Shown here in pieces: positions 9,586 through 18,688 of a stretch of DNA of 64,000 nt (positions are counted from its first letter, which is position 1; each line of letters begins with the position of its first letter). Source of the DNA: Deltaproteobacteria bacterium (GTDB lineage Bacteria; Myxococcota_A; Polyangia; Polyangiales; Houyiibacteriaceae); assembly GCA_034670305.1 (NCBI GenBank), contig JAXMNT010000016.1, positions 83,615 to 147,614 of the forward strand, given 5' to 3'. Under the pieces are notes generated by a model. It was not told the origin of the DNA, made no database searches, and saw nothing but the letters and a program-made list of their open reading frames with translations. The position numbers were made by a program, and so were the translations under genes.

Positions 9586-10818
9586 ATGACTTCCATGGAT
9601 GCGGACGCCCAGCTCGAAGCACTCACCCGCGGCACTGTCGATGTGCACGTTGCCGAAGACCTGCTCGCGCGTCTGAAGACCGGCCGCCCGCTCAAGGTGA
9701 AAGCCGGCTTCGACCCGACGCGCCCCGACCTGCATCTCGGGCACACCGTGCTGATGCAGAAGATGCGGCAGTTCCAGCAGCTCGGGCACGAGGTCATCTT
9801 CGTGGTCGGCGACTTCACCGCCCGCATCGGCGATCCCACCGGCAAAAGCCAAACCCGGTCGGTGCCGACCGAAGCGGAGATCGAAGAAGGCGCACGCACC
9901 TACGCCGAGCAGGCGTTCAAGGTGCTCGACCGCGACAAGACCCGGCTCGTCTTCAACAGCGAGTGGCTGTCCCCGATGGGGTTCGCCGACGTCATCCGGC
10001 TCGCTGGGCGCTACCGGCTCGCGCGGATGATGGAACGCGACGACTTCAAGACGCGCTGGGCCGAACACGCGAGCATCTCGATCCACGAATTGCTCTACCC
10101 CTTGGTCCAGGCCTACGACTCGGTCGCGCTCGAGTGCGACATCGAGCTCGGCGGCACCGACCAGCTCTTCAACCTCTTGGTGGGCCGCGAGATCATGCGG
10201 GAGTACGGGCAGAAGCCGCAGTGTGTGATGACGACGCCCATCCTGGAGGGACTCGGCGCGAAACTCGAAGACGGCAAGATCGTCGGCGACAAGATGAGCA
10301 AGTCGCTCGACAACTACGTCGGCATCACCGAGGCACCCCGCGACCAACTCTTCAAGCTCATGAGCATCACCGACGACGTGATGTGGCGGTACTACGAGCT
10401 GCTCAGCGAGGAGCCCGCGCCCGCGATCGCGAAGATGAAGTCCGAATGCGAGGCGGGCCAGATGAACCCGCGCGACGCCAAACTGCGCCTCGCCCGCGAG
10501 ATCGTCGCCCGCTACCACGACGCGAAGGCGGCCGAGGACGCGGACGCTGCGTGGCGCCATCAGTTCAGCGGACGGAAGGTGCCGACCGATCTGGCCGAAG
10601 TGCGGGTCGCGCTCGACGGCGAGGCGTCGGTCTGGGTCAGCAAGGCGCTGGCGTCGACCGGGCTGGTGAAGTCGTCGTCTGAAGCGCGGCGGCGCATCGA
10701 GGCAGGCGCCATCCAGATCGATGGCGAGAAGGTGAGCGACGTCAAAGCCGAGCTGAAGGCGGGAACCTACGTGGTGAAGGCCGGCAAGAAGACGTGGGCG
10801 AAGCTGATCGTGGAATGA
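9586..10818 (+). CDS. tyrS: Tyrosine--tRNA ligase
   Basis: GFDPTRPDLHLGH (HIGH), IGDPTGK, GGTDQLFN, KMSKS, C-terminal S4 domain. Start is 9586 or 9595; the upstream ORF extension is repeat. Confidence 0.97.
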   Translation: MTSMDADAQLEALTRGTVDVHVAEDLLARLKTGRPLKVKAGFDPTRPDLHLGHTVLMQKMRQFQQLGHEVIFVVGDFTARIGDPTGKSQTRSVPTEAEIEEGARTYAEQAFKVLDRDKTRLVFNSEWLSPMGFADVIRLAGRYRLARMMERDDFKTRWAEHASISIHELLYPLVQAYDSVALECDIELGGTDQLFNLLVGREIMREYGQKPQCVMTTPILEGLGAKLEDGKIVGDKMSKSLDNYVGITEAPRDQLFKLMSITDDVMWRYYELLSEEPAPAIAKMKSECEAGQMNPRDAKLRLAREIVARYHDAKAAEDADAAWRHQFSGRKVPTDLAEVRVALDGEASVWVSKALASTGLVKSSSEARRRIEAGAIQIDGEKVSDVKAELKAGTYVVKAGKKTWAKLIVE

Positions 10819-10843
10819 AGGGCCGAGGGCGAGGGCGACGCGT

Positions 10844-10970
10844 AAGCCGAAGCCGAAGCCGAAGCTGATCCCCGATCACCGAAGCCGAAGCCGAAGCCGA
10901 TCCCGAAGCCGTCCTCGACGCCGAAGCCGAAGGCGATCCCGATCCTCGAAGCCCAAACACCGATCCCCGA
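10844..10970 (-). repeat. Intergenic hexamer tract (AGCCGA)n on +, i.e. TCGGCT on -
   Basis: Lies between convergent tyrS and ihfB. Confidence 0.85.
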
Positions 10971-10987
10971 AGGAAGCGGTTCTCTGA

Positions 10988-11362
10988 CTAGCTGGTGGCG
11001 CCGGGTTCTTCGGGGCGGGTGGGGGTGATGACGAAGCCGTCGTCGTCGTCGTCGTCGTCCATCGACATGCGCTCGGCTTCGGGGAGGTGGGCGTTGACGA
11101 GCTCTTTGAGTTCCTTGCCGACCTTGAAGAACGGGAGGCGCTTGGCCGGAACCGGGACGGGTTTGCCGGTGCGGGGGTTGCGACCGAGGTACGCCGGGTA
11201 GTGGCGGACGGTGAAGCTGCCGAATCCGCGGATCTCAATGCCATCCCCGGCTTCGAGGGCCTGGGTCATCGCCTCGAACACGCAGTTGACCACCTGTTCG
11301 GCGCGGCTCTTGGTGATCGAGCTCCGCTGGGCAACGGCATCGATGAGCTGGGACTTCGTCAC
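10988..11362 (-). CDS. ihfB: Integration host factor beta / HU family DNA-binding protein with acidic tail
   Basis: MTKSQLI...IEIRGFGSF...GRNPRTG...PFFKVGKELKELVN. Confidence 0.88.
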   Translation of the reverse strand: MTKSQLIDAVAQRSSITKSRAEQVVNCVFEAMTQALEAGDGIEIRGFGSFTVRHYPAYLGRNPRTGKPVPVPAKRLPFFKVGKELKELVNAHLPEAERMSMDDDDDDDGFVITPTRPEEPGATS

Positions 11363-11476
11363 GAGGATCTCCGCGTTGGAGTGGCGATTCTATGGGCGGC
11401 GGCGGACGAAGGTCAATAGCGATTACGGACACTTGCGGATCGCCCCCCGGCGCACCGAGGCTGTATGGTGCACCCA

Positions 11477-12412
11477 ATGACCAGCCGATCCAAACGTTGG
11501 GCGACTGCGTGCGGCGTGGCGGGCGTCGGGTTTCTCGGGTGGATTGTCTGGCTCGGGCAATCCGGCGGCCCGTCTGGCAGGACCGACGCAGCGGAAGCTG
11601 ATCCCGCGCCGTTCCTGGACGTGGCGCTGTCTGTGGCCCGCCCGAGACTGCCCGAGGCCGAGGAGGTGCTGGCGGCTGCGAACGTCGAAGCGGCGTTGCA
11701 ACTCAACGGGGGGCTGCCTGGCACCCTCGCGCCGGCGACCACTCGGACGACCCCCGCGTGCAACCTCTCCGTGGGAGGGCTGGATCGCGAAGACTTCGGA
11801 GCGCGGCTTCAGGCGGCGGCGTCCGAGTGCACCTCGGGTGTGATCTTCGTGCCGCGCTCCGTGGGGCTCGGCGTGCGCTGGCCCGACCAGCGGCGGCTGA
11901 CCCTCGACGATCCCGCGCTCGACCCCATCTTCGAGTCCGAAGGTCGGCTCGTCGTGCTGCAGGGGGTGCCGCCCGAGGCGGAGTTCTCCGTCGATGGCGC
12001 GCCGCGTGAGGGCTGGCCCACCCGAGAAACAGCGCTCGCAGAACTGCTGACCCGCGTGCGTCGTTCCACGTACCCGCTCTGGGTTCAGGTGCACACCCCC
12101 GCCGATGGCGCGCGTCTCGCCGAGGAACTCGAGTCCCATCCACATCTTTCGCTGGTCACGGCCGACGACATGGACCTCGCGGCCGCCCATCCCGACCGGG
12201 TCCTATTCGGATCGGGGCTCTCGCTGGAGGTGCGCGGATGGCGGGCCCCTGGTCTCGAGCCGGACGAATCGTTCGATGCGATCGCGTACTACGGGGCAAT
12301 TCGGGACCGGTGGACCCGCTCGGAGCTCCCGGACGCGACGGTCGCAGCGGTGCTGGGAGGCACCGCGGCCACCCTATTGCCCGGTTTGCGGGCAGCCGCC
12401 GACCCACCCTGA
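11477..12412 (+). CDS. Membrane-anchored hypothetical protein with degenerate amidohydrolase-like C-terminus
   Basis: N-terminal TM; VQVHTP, PDRVLFGSG, LPDATVAAVLGGTAATLL resemble the Amidohydro_2 C-terminus. Confidence 0.5.
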   Translation: MTSRSKRWATACGVAGVGFLGWIVWLGQSGGPSGRTDAAEADPAPFLDVALSVARPRLPEAEEVLAAANVEAALQLNGGLPGTLAPATTRTTPACNLSVGGLDREDFGARLQAAASECTSGVIFVPRSVGLGVRWPDQRRLTLDDPALDPIFESEGRLVVLQGVPPEAEFSVDGAPREGWPTRETALAELLTRVRRSTYPLWVQVHTPADGARLAEELESHPHLSLVTADDMDLAAAHPDRVLFGSGLSLEVRGWRAPGLEPDESFDAIAYYGAIRDRWTRSELPDATVAAVLGGTAATLLPGLRAAADPP

Positions 12413-12557
12413 CGAAATGGGGGGTCGTTCCAAGCCCGGCGACCGCAAACGCACTGTTGAACCCGCATCAGCGACTAGGTATGGTCTCGCGCGAAACGGG
12501 GGCGGCCGCTGTGGCCCCGGGCGCTGCACGCGTCCGTACCCGTGCGATGGAGCTCCC

Positions 12558-14915
12558 ATGTCCGACGCAGATCTCGACGACCTCAGCGCACTCGACGCGC
12601 AAGCCCCCCTCGGTGGCGAGATTTTGGGCAACGACGCCCAAACCCTCAAACAAATCCGCCGCCGCAGCAGCCCGATCACGAAAGTGGTGGGGCTCGTCAT
12701 CGTGCTCGGCATGGTGGGCATGGGCATCTGGGCGTACCTCCACAACAAGGCGTACGACGCCCGCATGGATGTCTTCGCGCCCATCGCCGACATGGAGAGC
12801 GCCGAACAACGGGACGCCGCCCTCCGCGAGGTGCTGGCGAACGCCGAGTTCAAGGACGTGCGGGAACGCGCGATCATGAACCTCGGCCACGACGAGGACA
12901 CCGCCGCGGTGCCGCTCCTCATCGAGAACCTCCAGTACGAGGGGACCGTCCGGCGCTCCGCCGCGTGGGCGCTCGCCCGCATCGGCTCCCCGGACGCCGA
13001 CCAGGCCGAAGCGCGGCTGCTCGAAGTGTTGCCCGAGACCGGCGACATCGATCGCAACCAGGTGGTGTGGACCCTCGCCGTGCTGGGCGCGCAGGACCAG
13101 GCGTTCATCGACGCGCTCATCGACCGATTCAGCGAAGGCCACCTTCAGGAACTGGACGGCTTCGACGACCGCATCATTACGCGCGTGCTCGGCATCGAAC
13201 GACTCAGCTCCGAGCAGCTGACGAACCACGAGATCGAAGGCGTGCGCGTCTTGACCGCCCACGCGCTCTCCGAAGCGGGCGGCGAGCCCGTCGTCGCCCC
13301 CCTCTCCCGGATGCTGACCCAGGAGCTGGCCCGCGAAGGCGACGCCCAGTCCGCCGAGGTCATCCGAGCCACCGCCGCCGGGCTGGGACGCACCGGCTCC
13401 CCGAACGCCGCCGAGGCGCTGTTCGCGATGTTGAGCAGCCACGAAGCCATGAACGACACCGTCATGGACGCGCTCAAGAAGTCGACCGCCGCCACCGAGC
13501 TGATCGCACTCCTCGGACGTGCGACCAACGACACGGTCCGCCGCGATCTGACCCGCTTGATCGTGGACAGCCACGACCGCCGCTCCATCGAAGGCCTCAC
13601 GGCACTGCTCACCGACACCAACGTCGAGATCAAGGGCATGGCCGCCCTCGCGCTCGCCGAGTTCGGAGAGCGCTCCGCAGCGCCGGTGTTGCTCGAGCTG
13701 ACGGCCGTCGAAGACGACGACGACCTCGTGAGCTCCTCGCTCGAGCACCTCCGCTACGTGGCGAGCCCCGAGATCACGGCCCAGCTCGCTGGGCTACTCG
13801 AGACCCACGCGTTCCGCAAGTCCGCCATCCTGCTTGCGCTCGGTGCCACGGGCGACCCTGGTGCCGCCCGCTACATCGAACCGGAGCTCGCCGGTCACGA
13901 CGCCAACTCCGCCGCGCGCGCTCTGGCCGACCTGGATCACGATGGCGCCTTCCGCACCTTGCTCGCCAAAGTGGTGCGTCCGAGCGACACCGACATGACG
14001 GCCTTCAACGCCGCCCAGCGCAGCCTGGTGAACGAGGAACTCCTCGCCCTCCGCCGCGCCGCCATCATGGCCATGGGCTACTACGGCCGGGTCGACGCAG
14101 TGGAGAACCTCATGGAAGTCGTCGAAGACGAGAACGACGACTACGAGCTCCGCGCCAAGGCCGCAGCCGCCATCGGACAGGTCGGAACCGCCGAGCAGAT
14201 CGCGACGGTCCTGAACAAGATCAACGACGCGACCCTGAGCGAAGCGGCCCGCCGCTACTACGTGCAGGCCCTCTGGCAGCGCCCGCACCGCGAGCTCAAC
14301 GCACAGCTGCTCGACCTGGTGGGCAACGCCGCCACCGACGTCGACGTGCGCCGCGCCGCCGCCCTCGCCCTCGGCTACGCCGGTGACGAAGGCAACGACG
14401 CGCGGCTCATGAGCCTGCTCGACGACGAAGGCGCCCGCAGGCACGCGGCGTTCGCGGTCGTGCTCGGCGGTGGCGAAGAAGCCGTCCGCAAGCTCGTCGG
14501 CATTCTCGCGGAGGATCGCGACCTCCGGGAGATTCTCCAGGGCTACGTCGAGAACAACGAGAACGACTGGTTCAACCTGCTCACGACCCACCACTTCGAG
14601 AGCGGCGCTATCTGGCGTCGTCTGCGTGCCGGTCAGATCCTCCGCGAGGGCGACGCCGACCTGAGCTACAGCTACTCCTGGCTCAAGACCATCGCCTGCC
14701 TGCGCACCGGCTGGAACGGCGTCGGCGGCATCCGCCCACAGGACGCGCGCGACAAGCTCTGGGAAGCGCTCGAGGGCGAAGACATCGGCCGCCGCGAACT
14801 CGCAGCCTCCGTCTTCGGCGACCTCCCCGAACTCGGCCTGCTCCTTCGCGCCCGCGACGAAGGCGGCGAAATGGGCGAAGTCGCCCGCAGCGTGCTCGAC
14901 CGCGGCCGCCGCTAG
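12558..14915 (+). CDS. Membrane-anchored HEAT/PBS-lyase repeat protein
   Basis: Single TM (VVGLVIVLGMVGMGIWAY), then repeats such as VRRSAAWALARIG, IKGMAALALAEFG, VRRAAALALGYAG. Confidence 0.85.
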   Translation: MSDADLDDLSALDAQAPLGGEILGNDAQTLKQIRRRSSPITKVVGLVIVLGMVGMGIWAYLHNKAYDARMDVFAPIADMESAEQRDAALREVLANAEFKDVRERAIMNLGHDEDTAAVPLLIENLQYEGTVRRSAAWALARIGSPDADQAEARLLEVLPETGDIDRNQVVWTLAVLGAQDQAFIDALIDRFSEGHLQELDGFDDRIITRVLGIERLSSEQLTNHEIEGVRVLTAHALSEAGGEPVVAPLSRMLTQELAREGDAQSAEVIRATAAGLGRTGSPNAAEALFAMLSSHEAMNDTVMDALKKSTAATELIALLGRATNDTVRRDLTRLIVDSHDRRSIEGLTALLTDTNVEIKGMAALALAEFGERSAAPVLLELTAVEDDDDLVSSSLEHLRYVASPEITAQLAGLLETHAFRKSAILLALGATGDPGAARYIEPELAGHDANSAARALADLDHDGAFRTLLAKVVRPSDTDMTAFNAAQRSLVNEELLALRRAAIMAMGYYGRVDAVENLMEVVEDENDDYELRAKAAAAIGQVGTAEQIATVLNKINDATLSEAARRYYVQALWQRPHRELNAQLLDLVGNAATDVDVRRAAALALGYAGDEGNDARLMSLLDDEGARRHAAFAVVLGGGEEAVRKLVGILAEDRDLREILQGYVENNENDWFNLLTTHHFESGAIWRRLRAGQILREGDADLSYSYSWLKTIACLRTGWNGVGGIRPQDARDKLWEALEGEDIGRRELAASVFGDLPELGLLLRARDEGGEMGEVARSVLDRGRR

Positions 14916-14942
14916 AACGTCCGAGCCCACAGTGAAGAAAAT

Positions 14943-14963
14943 GAGCCGCCTCCCGGGCGGCTC
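14943..14963. terminator. Hairpin, possibly bidirectional terminator
   Basis: GAGCCGCC-TCCCG-GGCGGCTC flanked by AAGAAAAT and TCTTCGTT, between convergent genes. Confidence 0.6.
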
Positions 14964-15000
14964 TCTTCGTTGGTGCGGCCGTTTGCCGAGGCTCAGCGTT

Positions 15001-15128
15001 CTGCCGCCGTCCCTGCCGCTGACTCTGCCGCTGCCGCTGACTCTGCCGCTGCCGCTGTCTCTGCAGCTGCAGCTGCCGCTGCCGCTGTCTCTGCCGCTGC
15101 CGCTGCCGCTGTCCCTGCCGCTGTCTCT
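15001..15128 (+). repeat. Intergenic hexamer tract (CTGCCG/CTGTCT/CTGACT)n
   Basis: Read directly. Confidence 0.9.
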
Positions 15129-15134
15129 GGCGAC

Positions 15135-16331
15135 TCAGCCCGTGGTCGCGAGGGCGCGCAGCACGTCCGCGATGAGCTCGTCCGCGTCTTCGATCCCGAC
15201 CGCGTAGCGCACCAGCGCGTTCTTGATCCCGACCGCCTCTCGCTGCTCGGTGGTCAGCTCGAAGAAGCTCATCAGCGCGGGCTGTTCGATCAGCGACTCC
15301 ACGCCGCCGAGCGAGGGCGCAATCCGCGGGATCTCGCAGGCATCGACGAACCGGCTCGTCGCCTCGAGATCCGCGTCCAGCTCGAACGTCACGACGCCGC
15401 CGTAGCCGCCGATCATGTCGCGTTTGGCGATGTCGTGGTTCGGGTGGGAAGGAAGGCCGGGGTACCAGACCTGCTTCACGCGCGGATGCGACTCGAGCGC
15501 ACTCGCCAACTGAAGCGCGCTCGCGCTCTGCTGCCGAACGCGCACCGCGAGCGTCTTCATGCCCCGCAGGATCAAGTACGCCGCGTGCGGGTCGAGCACG
15601 CCACCGAGCACGTGGCGCATCTCGCGCACGAGCCCGACGAGCCCTTCTTTGCCCGCCACCAGACCACCGAGCACGTCGTTGTGTCCAGCCAGGTACTTCG
15701 TGGCGCTGTGCACGACGAGATCGATCCCGAGCTCGGCCGGCCGCAGGTGCACCGGGGTCGCGAACGTCGCGTCGATCATGGTCTTCACCCGCGCCGCCCG
15801 GCAGATCTCCGCGACCCGGCGCAGGTCCGGCACCGTCTGGTAGGGGTTCGTCGGCGCCTCGCTCACGACCAGCTTGGTATTCGGCTGGAGCGCCGCCTCC
15901 ATCGCGTCCACGTCGGCGGGTGGAACCAGCGTCGACTCGACCCCGAAACGGGACAGGATGGTGGTCACGAACTGGCGGGTCCGGCGGTAGCAGTCGCTGA
16001 AGAGCACCACGTGCGAGCCGCTCTTGGTGAGCGCGAGGATCGAAGTCGTCACCGCGGCCATGCCGCTCGCGAACGCCACCGCGTCCTCGGTCCGCTCGAG
16101 CGCCGCGAGCTTCTTTTCCACGAGCCGCACCGTGGGGTTGCCGTACCGCCCGTACTCTTCTTCGCGCTCGGTGCGGCCTTCGAAGAACGCGGTCAGCTCG
16201 GCGGTGTCACGAAAGGTGTAGGTCGCCGTCTGCACGATGGGTGCGGAGAGCGCGTCGAACGGGTGCGACCGAGGTTCTCCGCCGTGTACCGCCTCGGTCT
16301 CGATCGTTCGTTCCGCCTTCTTGGTCGCCAT
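15135..16331 (-). CDS. metB: Cystathionine gamma-synthase / Cys-Met metabolism PLP enzyme
   Basis: YGRYGNPT, FASGMAA, EAPTNP, DATFATP, HSATKYLAGHNDV (PLP lysine), SLGGVESL. Confidence 0.85.
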   Translation of the reverse strand: MATKKAERTIETEAVHGGEPRSHPFDALSAPIVQTATYTFRDTAELTAFFEGRTEREEEYGRYGNPTVRLVEKKLAALERTEDAVAFASGMAAVTTSILALTKSGSHVVLFSDCYRRTRQFVTTILSRFGVESTLVPPADVDAMEAALQPNTKLVVSEAPTNPYQTVPDLRRVAEICRAARVKTMIDATFATPVHLRPAELGIDLVVHSATKYLAGHNDVLGGLVAGKEGLVGLVREMRHVLGGVLDPHAAYLILRGMKTLAVRVRQQSASALQLASALESHPRVKQVWYPGLPSHPNHDIAKRDMIGGYGGVVTFELDADLEATSRFVDACEIPRIAPSLGGVESLIEQPALMSFFELTTEQREAVGIKNALVRYAVGIEDADELIADVLRALATTG

Positions 16332-16379
16332 GCGCGGGAGGCTACCCGATCGTTCGGCCGGCGTCGGCTTTGCGCGCGC

Positions 16380-17258
16380 TCAGGGACAGAGGGGCGAATC
16401 GTCGCAGTCGAAGTCCATGCAGTCGACGAACCCGTCCCCGTCGTTGTCGACTCCATCCGAGCAGTACGTGTCGGTGCCTTCTCCGCACACGGTGATGCCT
16501 GGGGCGTCGCAGTTGGGGTCGGCACAGTCGCGAAGGCCGCTGCGGTCGTTGTCGATTCCGTCGGAGCAGATCGCGTCGAACGTCTCCGGGCAGACCGTGA
16601 TGAAAAAGCTGCGGCTGCAGTCGAAGTCCATGCAGTCGACGAACCCGTCGCCGTCGTTGTCGAACCCGTCGGTGCAGCGCGCCGCGGTGTTCTCAGGGCC
16701 GCAGGCGAGGTCCTCGTCGACCGCGGTGTCGCAATCGTCGTCGAGCACGTTGCAGGTCTCTTCCGCCGGCCCGACCCCGCCCTCGCAGACCCCGTAGACG
16801 CCGTCGACGCACGTCTCCACCCCCGCCTCACATGCGCCGGTCGTGGACCCGCAGGGGCGGGTCTCGCCCTCCACGCAATCGCACCCCTCGTTGACGGTGC
16901 CGTCGCAGTTCTCGTCCTGCCCTGCGGAGTCACAGACCTCGTCGCCCATGAGCGGGCACTCGCATCCATCGTCGGGGTCGCCGTTCACGTCCACGAACCC
17001 TTCCGGACACCCGCCGGCATCGACGTCGTTCGCGTCGACGCCGCCGTCGGCCGCCGCGTCCCGCCCGGCATCCTCGGAGGCCGCGTCCCGACCCGCGTCT
17101 TCCGCCGCCGCATCGACCCGCTCCGGATCGACACACGCGCCATTGATGCACTGCTGTGCCCCGGGACAGTCGAAGACCGACCGGCACGAGGGCGCGTCGT
17201 CGTCCCCGCACGCCACCAGGCCTGCGCACACAACGAACCCGACGAACCACCGCACCAC
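16380..17258 (-). CDS. Cys/Asp-rich lipoprotein with putative metal-binding (MopE-like) repeats
   Basis: Lipobox LVAC; EVCD...DENCDGTVNEG, ETCNVLDDDCD, and C.DG.DND.DG..DC.D.DC x3. Confidence 0.8.
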   Translation of the reverse strand: MVRWFVGFVVCAGLVACGDDDAPSCRSVFDCPGAQQCINGACVDPERVDAAAEDAGRDAASEDAGRDAAADGGVDANDVDAGGCPEGFVDVNGDPDDGCECPLMGDEVCDSAGQDENCDGTVNEGCDCVEGETRPCGSTTGACEAGVETCVDGVYGVCEGGVGPAEETCNVLDDDCDTAVDEDLACGPENTAARCTDGFDNDGDGFVDCMDFDCSRSFFITVCPETFDAICSDGIDNDRSGLRDCADPNCDAPGITVCGEGTDTYCSDGVDNDGDGFVDCMDFDCDDSPLCP

Positions 17259-17301
17259 ATCCAGAGGGTACCCCAGATGCGGTGCCGCTCGCTCAGCCCG
17301 G

Positions 17302-17787
17302 TCAGTCCACCGAGACGATGCGGAGGTACACGTCGTTGTGGTCGAAGTAGTACTCGTCCGCGTTGACCATCTTGGTCGTGCCGCCGGTGCCCCCCGCACA
17401 GGTCGCCTGCACTGTCGGTGCGTCATGGGCTGGACCGTACTCGGTCCAGGTCACGACTCCGTCGACGTACGAGGAGTTGTCCGCCGCGTTGAAGTGATCG
17501 TGCGGCTCCGCGATCGGCGGCAGCCCGCCCATGTCGTCGTGTCCGGGCGACACGCGCGACCAGGTGAAGCAGGGCTCTCCCACCTCGATGACCAGGGTCC
17601 GCCCCGTGTCCTCGTACGTCTCGCCAACGAGCCGGTACACCCCCATCGTCACCGTCGGCCCGCCGGTCGCCCCCGTGTCCACCGCGGGCGCATCCAGACC
17701 ACCCCCCGCATCCGCGACCATGCCGTCGTCGTCGCCACAGGAGAACAGAGCCAAGCAGAGCAGGAGCGCAGTCGTGTATTTCATCAA
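17302..17787 (-). CDS. Hypothetical lipoprotein
   Basis: Signal peptide with lipobox LFSC followed by GDDDG. Confidence 0.7.
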   Translation of the reverse strand: MMKYTTALLLCLALFSCGDDDGMVADAGGGLDAPAVDTGATGGPTVTMGVYRLVGETYEDTGRTLVIEVGEPCFTWSRVSPGHDDMGGLPPIAEPHDHFNAADNSSYVDGVVTWTEYGPAHDAPTVQATCAGGTGGTTKMVNADEYYFDHNDVYLRIVSVD

Positions 17788-17880
17788 TCAAGGGGCCTTC
17801 CGCGGGGCACAACCCGCTTCTCTTCTGCGACGCAAAACACGCCGCAAGGACCCCCTGCCCCAAGACCATACCACGCCCGA

Positions 17881-18012
17881 TCGGCTTCGAAGTCGGCTGA
17901 GGTGTCGGCTGAGGCGTCGGCTTCGGAGTCGGCTTCGGAGTCGGCTTCGGCTTCGGAGTCGGCTTCGGCTTCGGAGACGAGGCGTCGGCTGAGGCGTCGG
18001 CGGTCGGCGTCG
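17881..18012 (+). repeat. Intergenic hexamer tract (TCGGCT/TCGGAG)n
   Basis: Read directly, downstream of nuoI. Confidence 0.85.
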
Positions 18013-18065
18013 GACTCAACGGAGGCCGCAGCCCCCTCAATCCGATTCGCGCCGCGCGAATCGGA

Positions 18066-18665
18066 CTAGTGCTTCTTCTCGCGGTCGAGACCCGGGTGGG
18101 TCGCGTCGCCCGGCTCATGGCGCGGGTTGGCGCTCAGGAACGTGCCGTCGCGGCCGGGCAGGCCGAGCAGCGTCTCTTTGTCGTAGATGAAGTGGTCGCG
18201 CTCGGTCGAAGGCGGCATGTGCATGCCGGTGTCCATGCGGATCGCATCGCACGGGCACGCTTCGACGCAGTAGCCGCAGAAGATGCAGCGCAGCTCGTCG
18301 ATCACGAACGCTTCCGGGAACCGCTCGTAGCCGTGGCGCGGATCGTTCTCGTCGTACTCGCCGGGCTCGATGTGGATGCACTGCGCGGGACATGCGGTGC
18401 TGCAGCACAGACACGCGACGCACCGGGGCGACCCGTCGGCGCGCTGAGTCAGCCGGTGGATGCCGCGGAACCGGGCCGGGTACTCCCGCTTGTCTTCCGG
18501 GTACATCACCGTGGCGATCTCACCCTTGCCGCCGGTGGCCGACGCGATGGTGTTCTTGAAGAAGCGCTTGATCGTCTGGCCGAGGCCCTTGGCGATCTCG
18601 GGCACGTACGCCTGCTCGGAGACGGTGCGGTTGGGCTTCTTGAGGACTTTGACGGTGGCGGCCAT
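18066..18665 (-). CDS. nuoI: NADH-quinone oxidoreductase subunit I
   Basis: RFRGIH, CVACLCCSTACP and CIFCGYCVEACP (two 4Fe-4S motifs). Confidence 0.95.
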   Translation of the reverse strand: MAATVKVLKKPNRTVSEQAYVPEIAKGLGQTIKRFFKNTIASATGGKGEIATVMYPEDKREYPARFRGIHRLTQRADGSPRCVACLCCSTACPAQCIHIEPGEYDENDPRHGYERFPEAFVIDELRCIFCGYCVEACPCDAIRMDTGMHMPPSTERDHFIYDKETLLGLPGRDGTFLSANPRHEPGDATHPGLDREKKH

Positions 18666-18688
18666 GGTTCGGTTCCAGAGAGGGCGGT

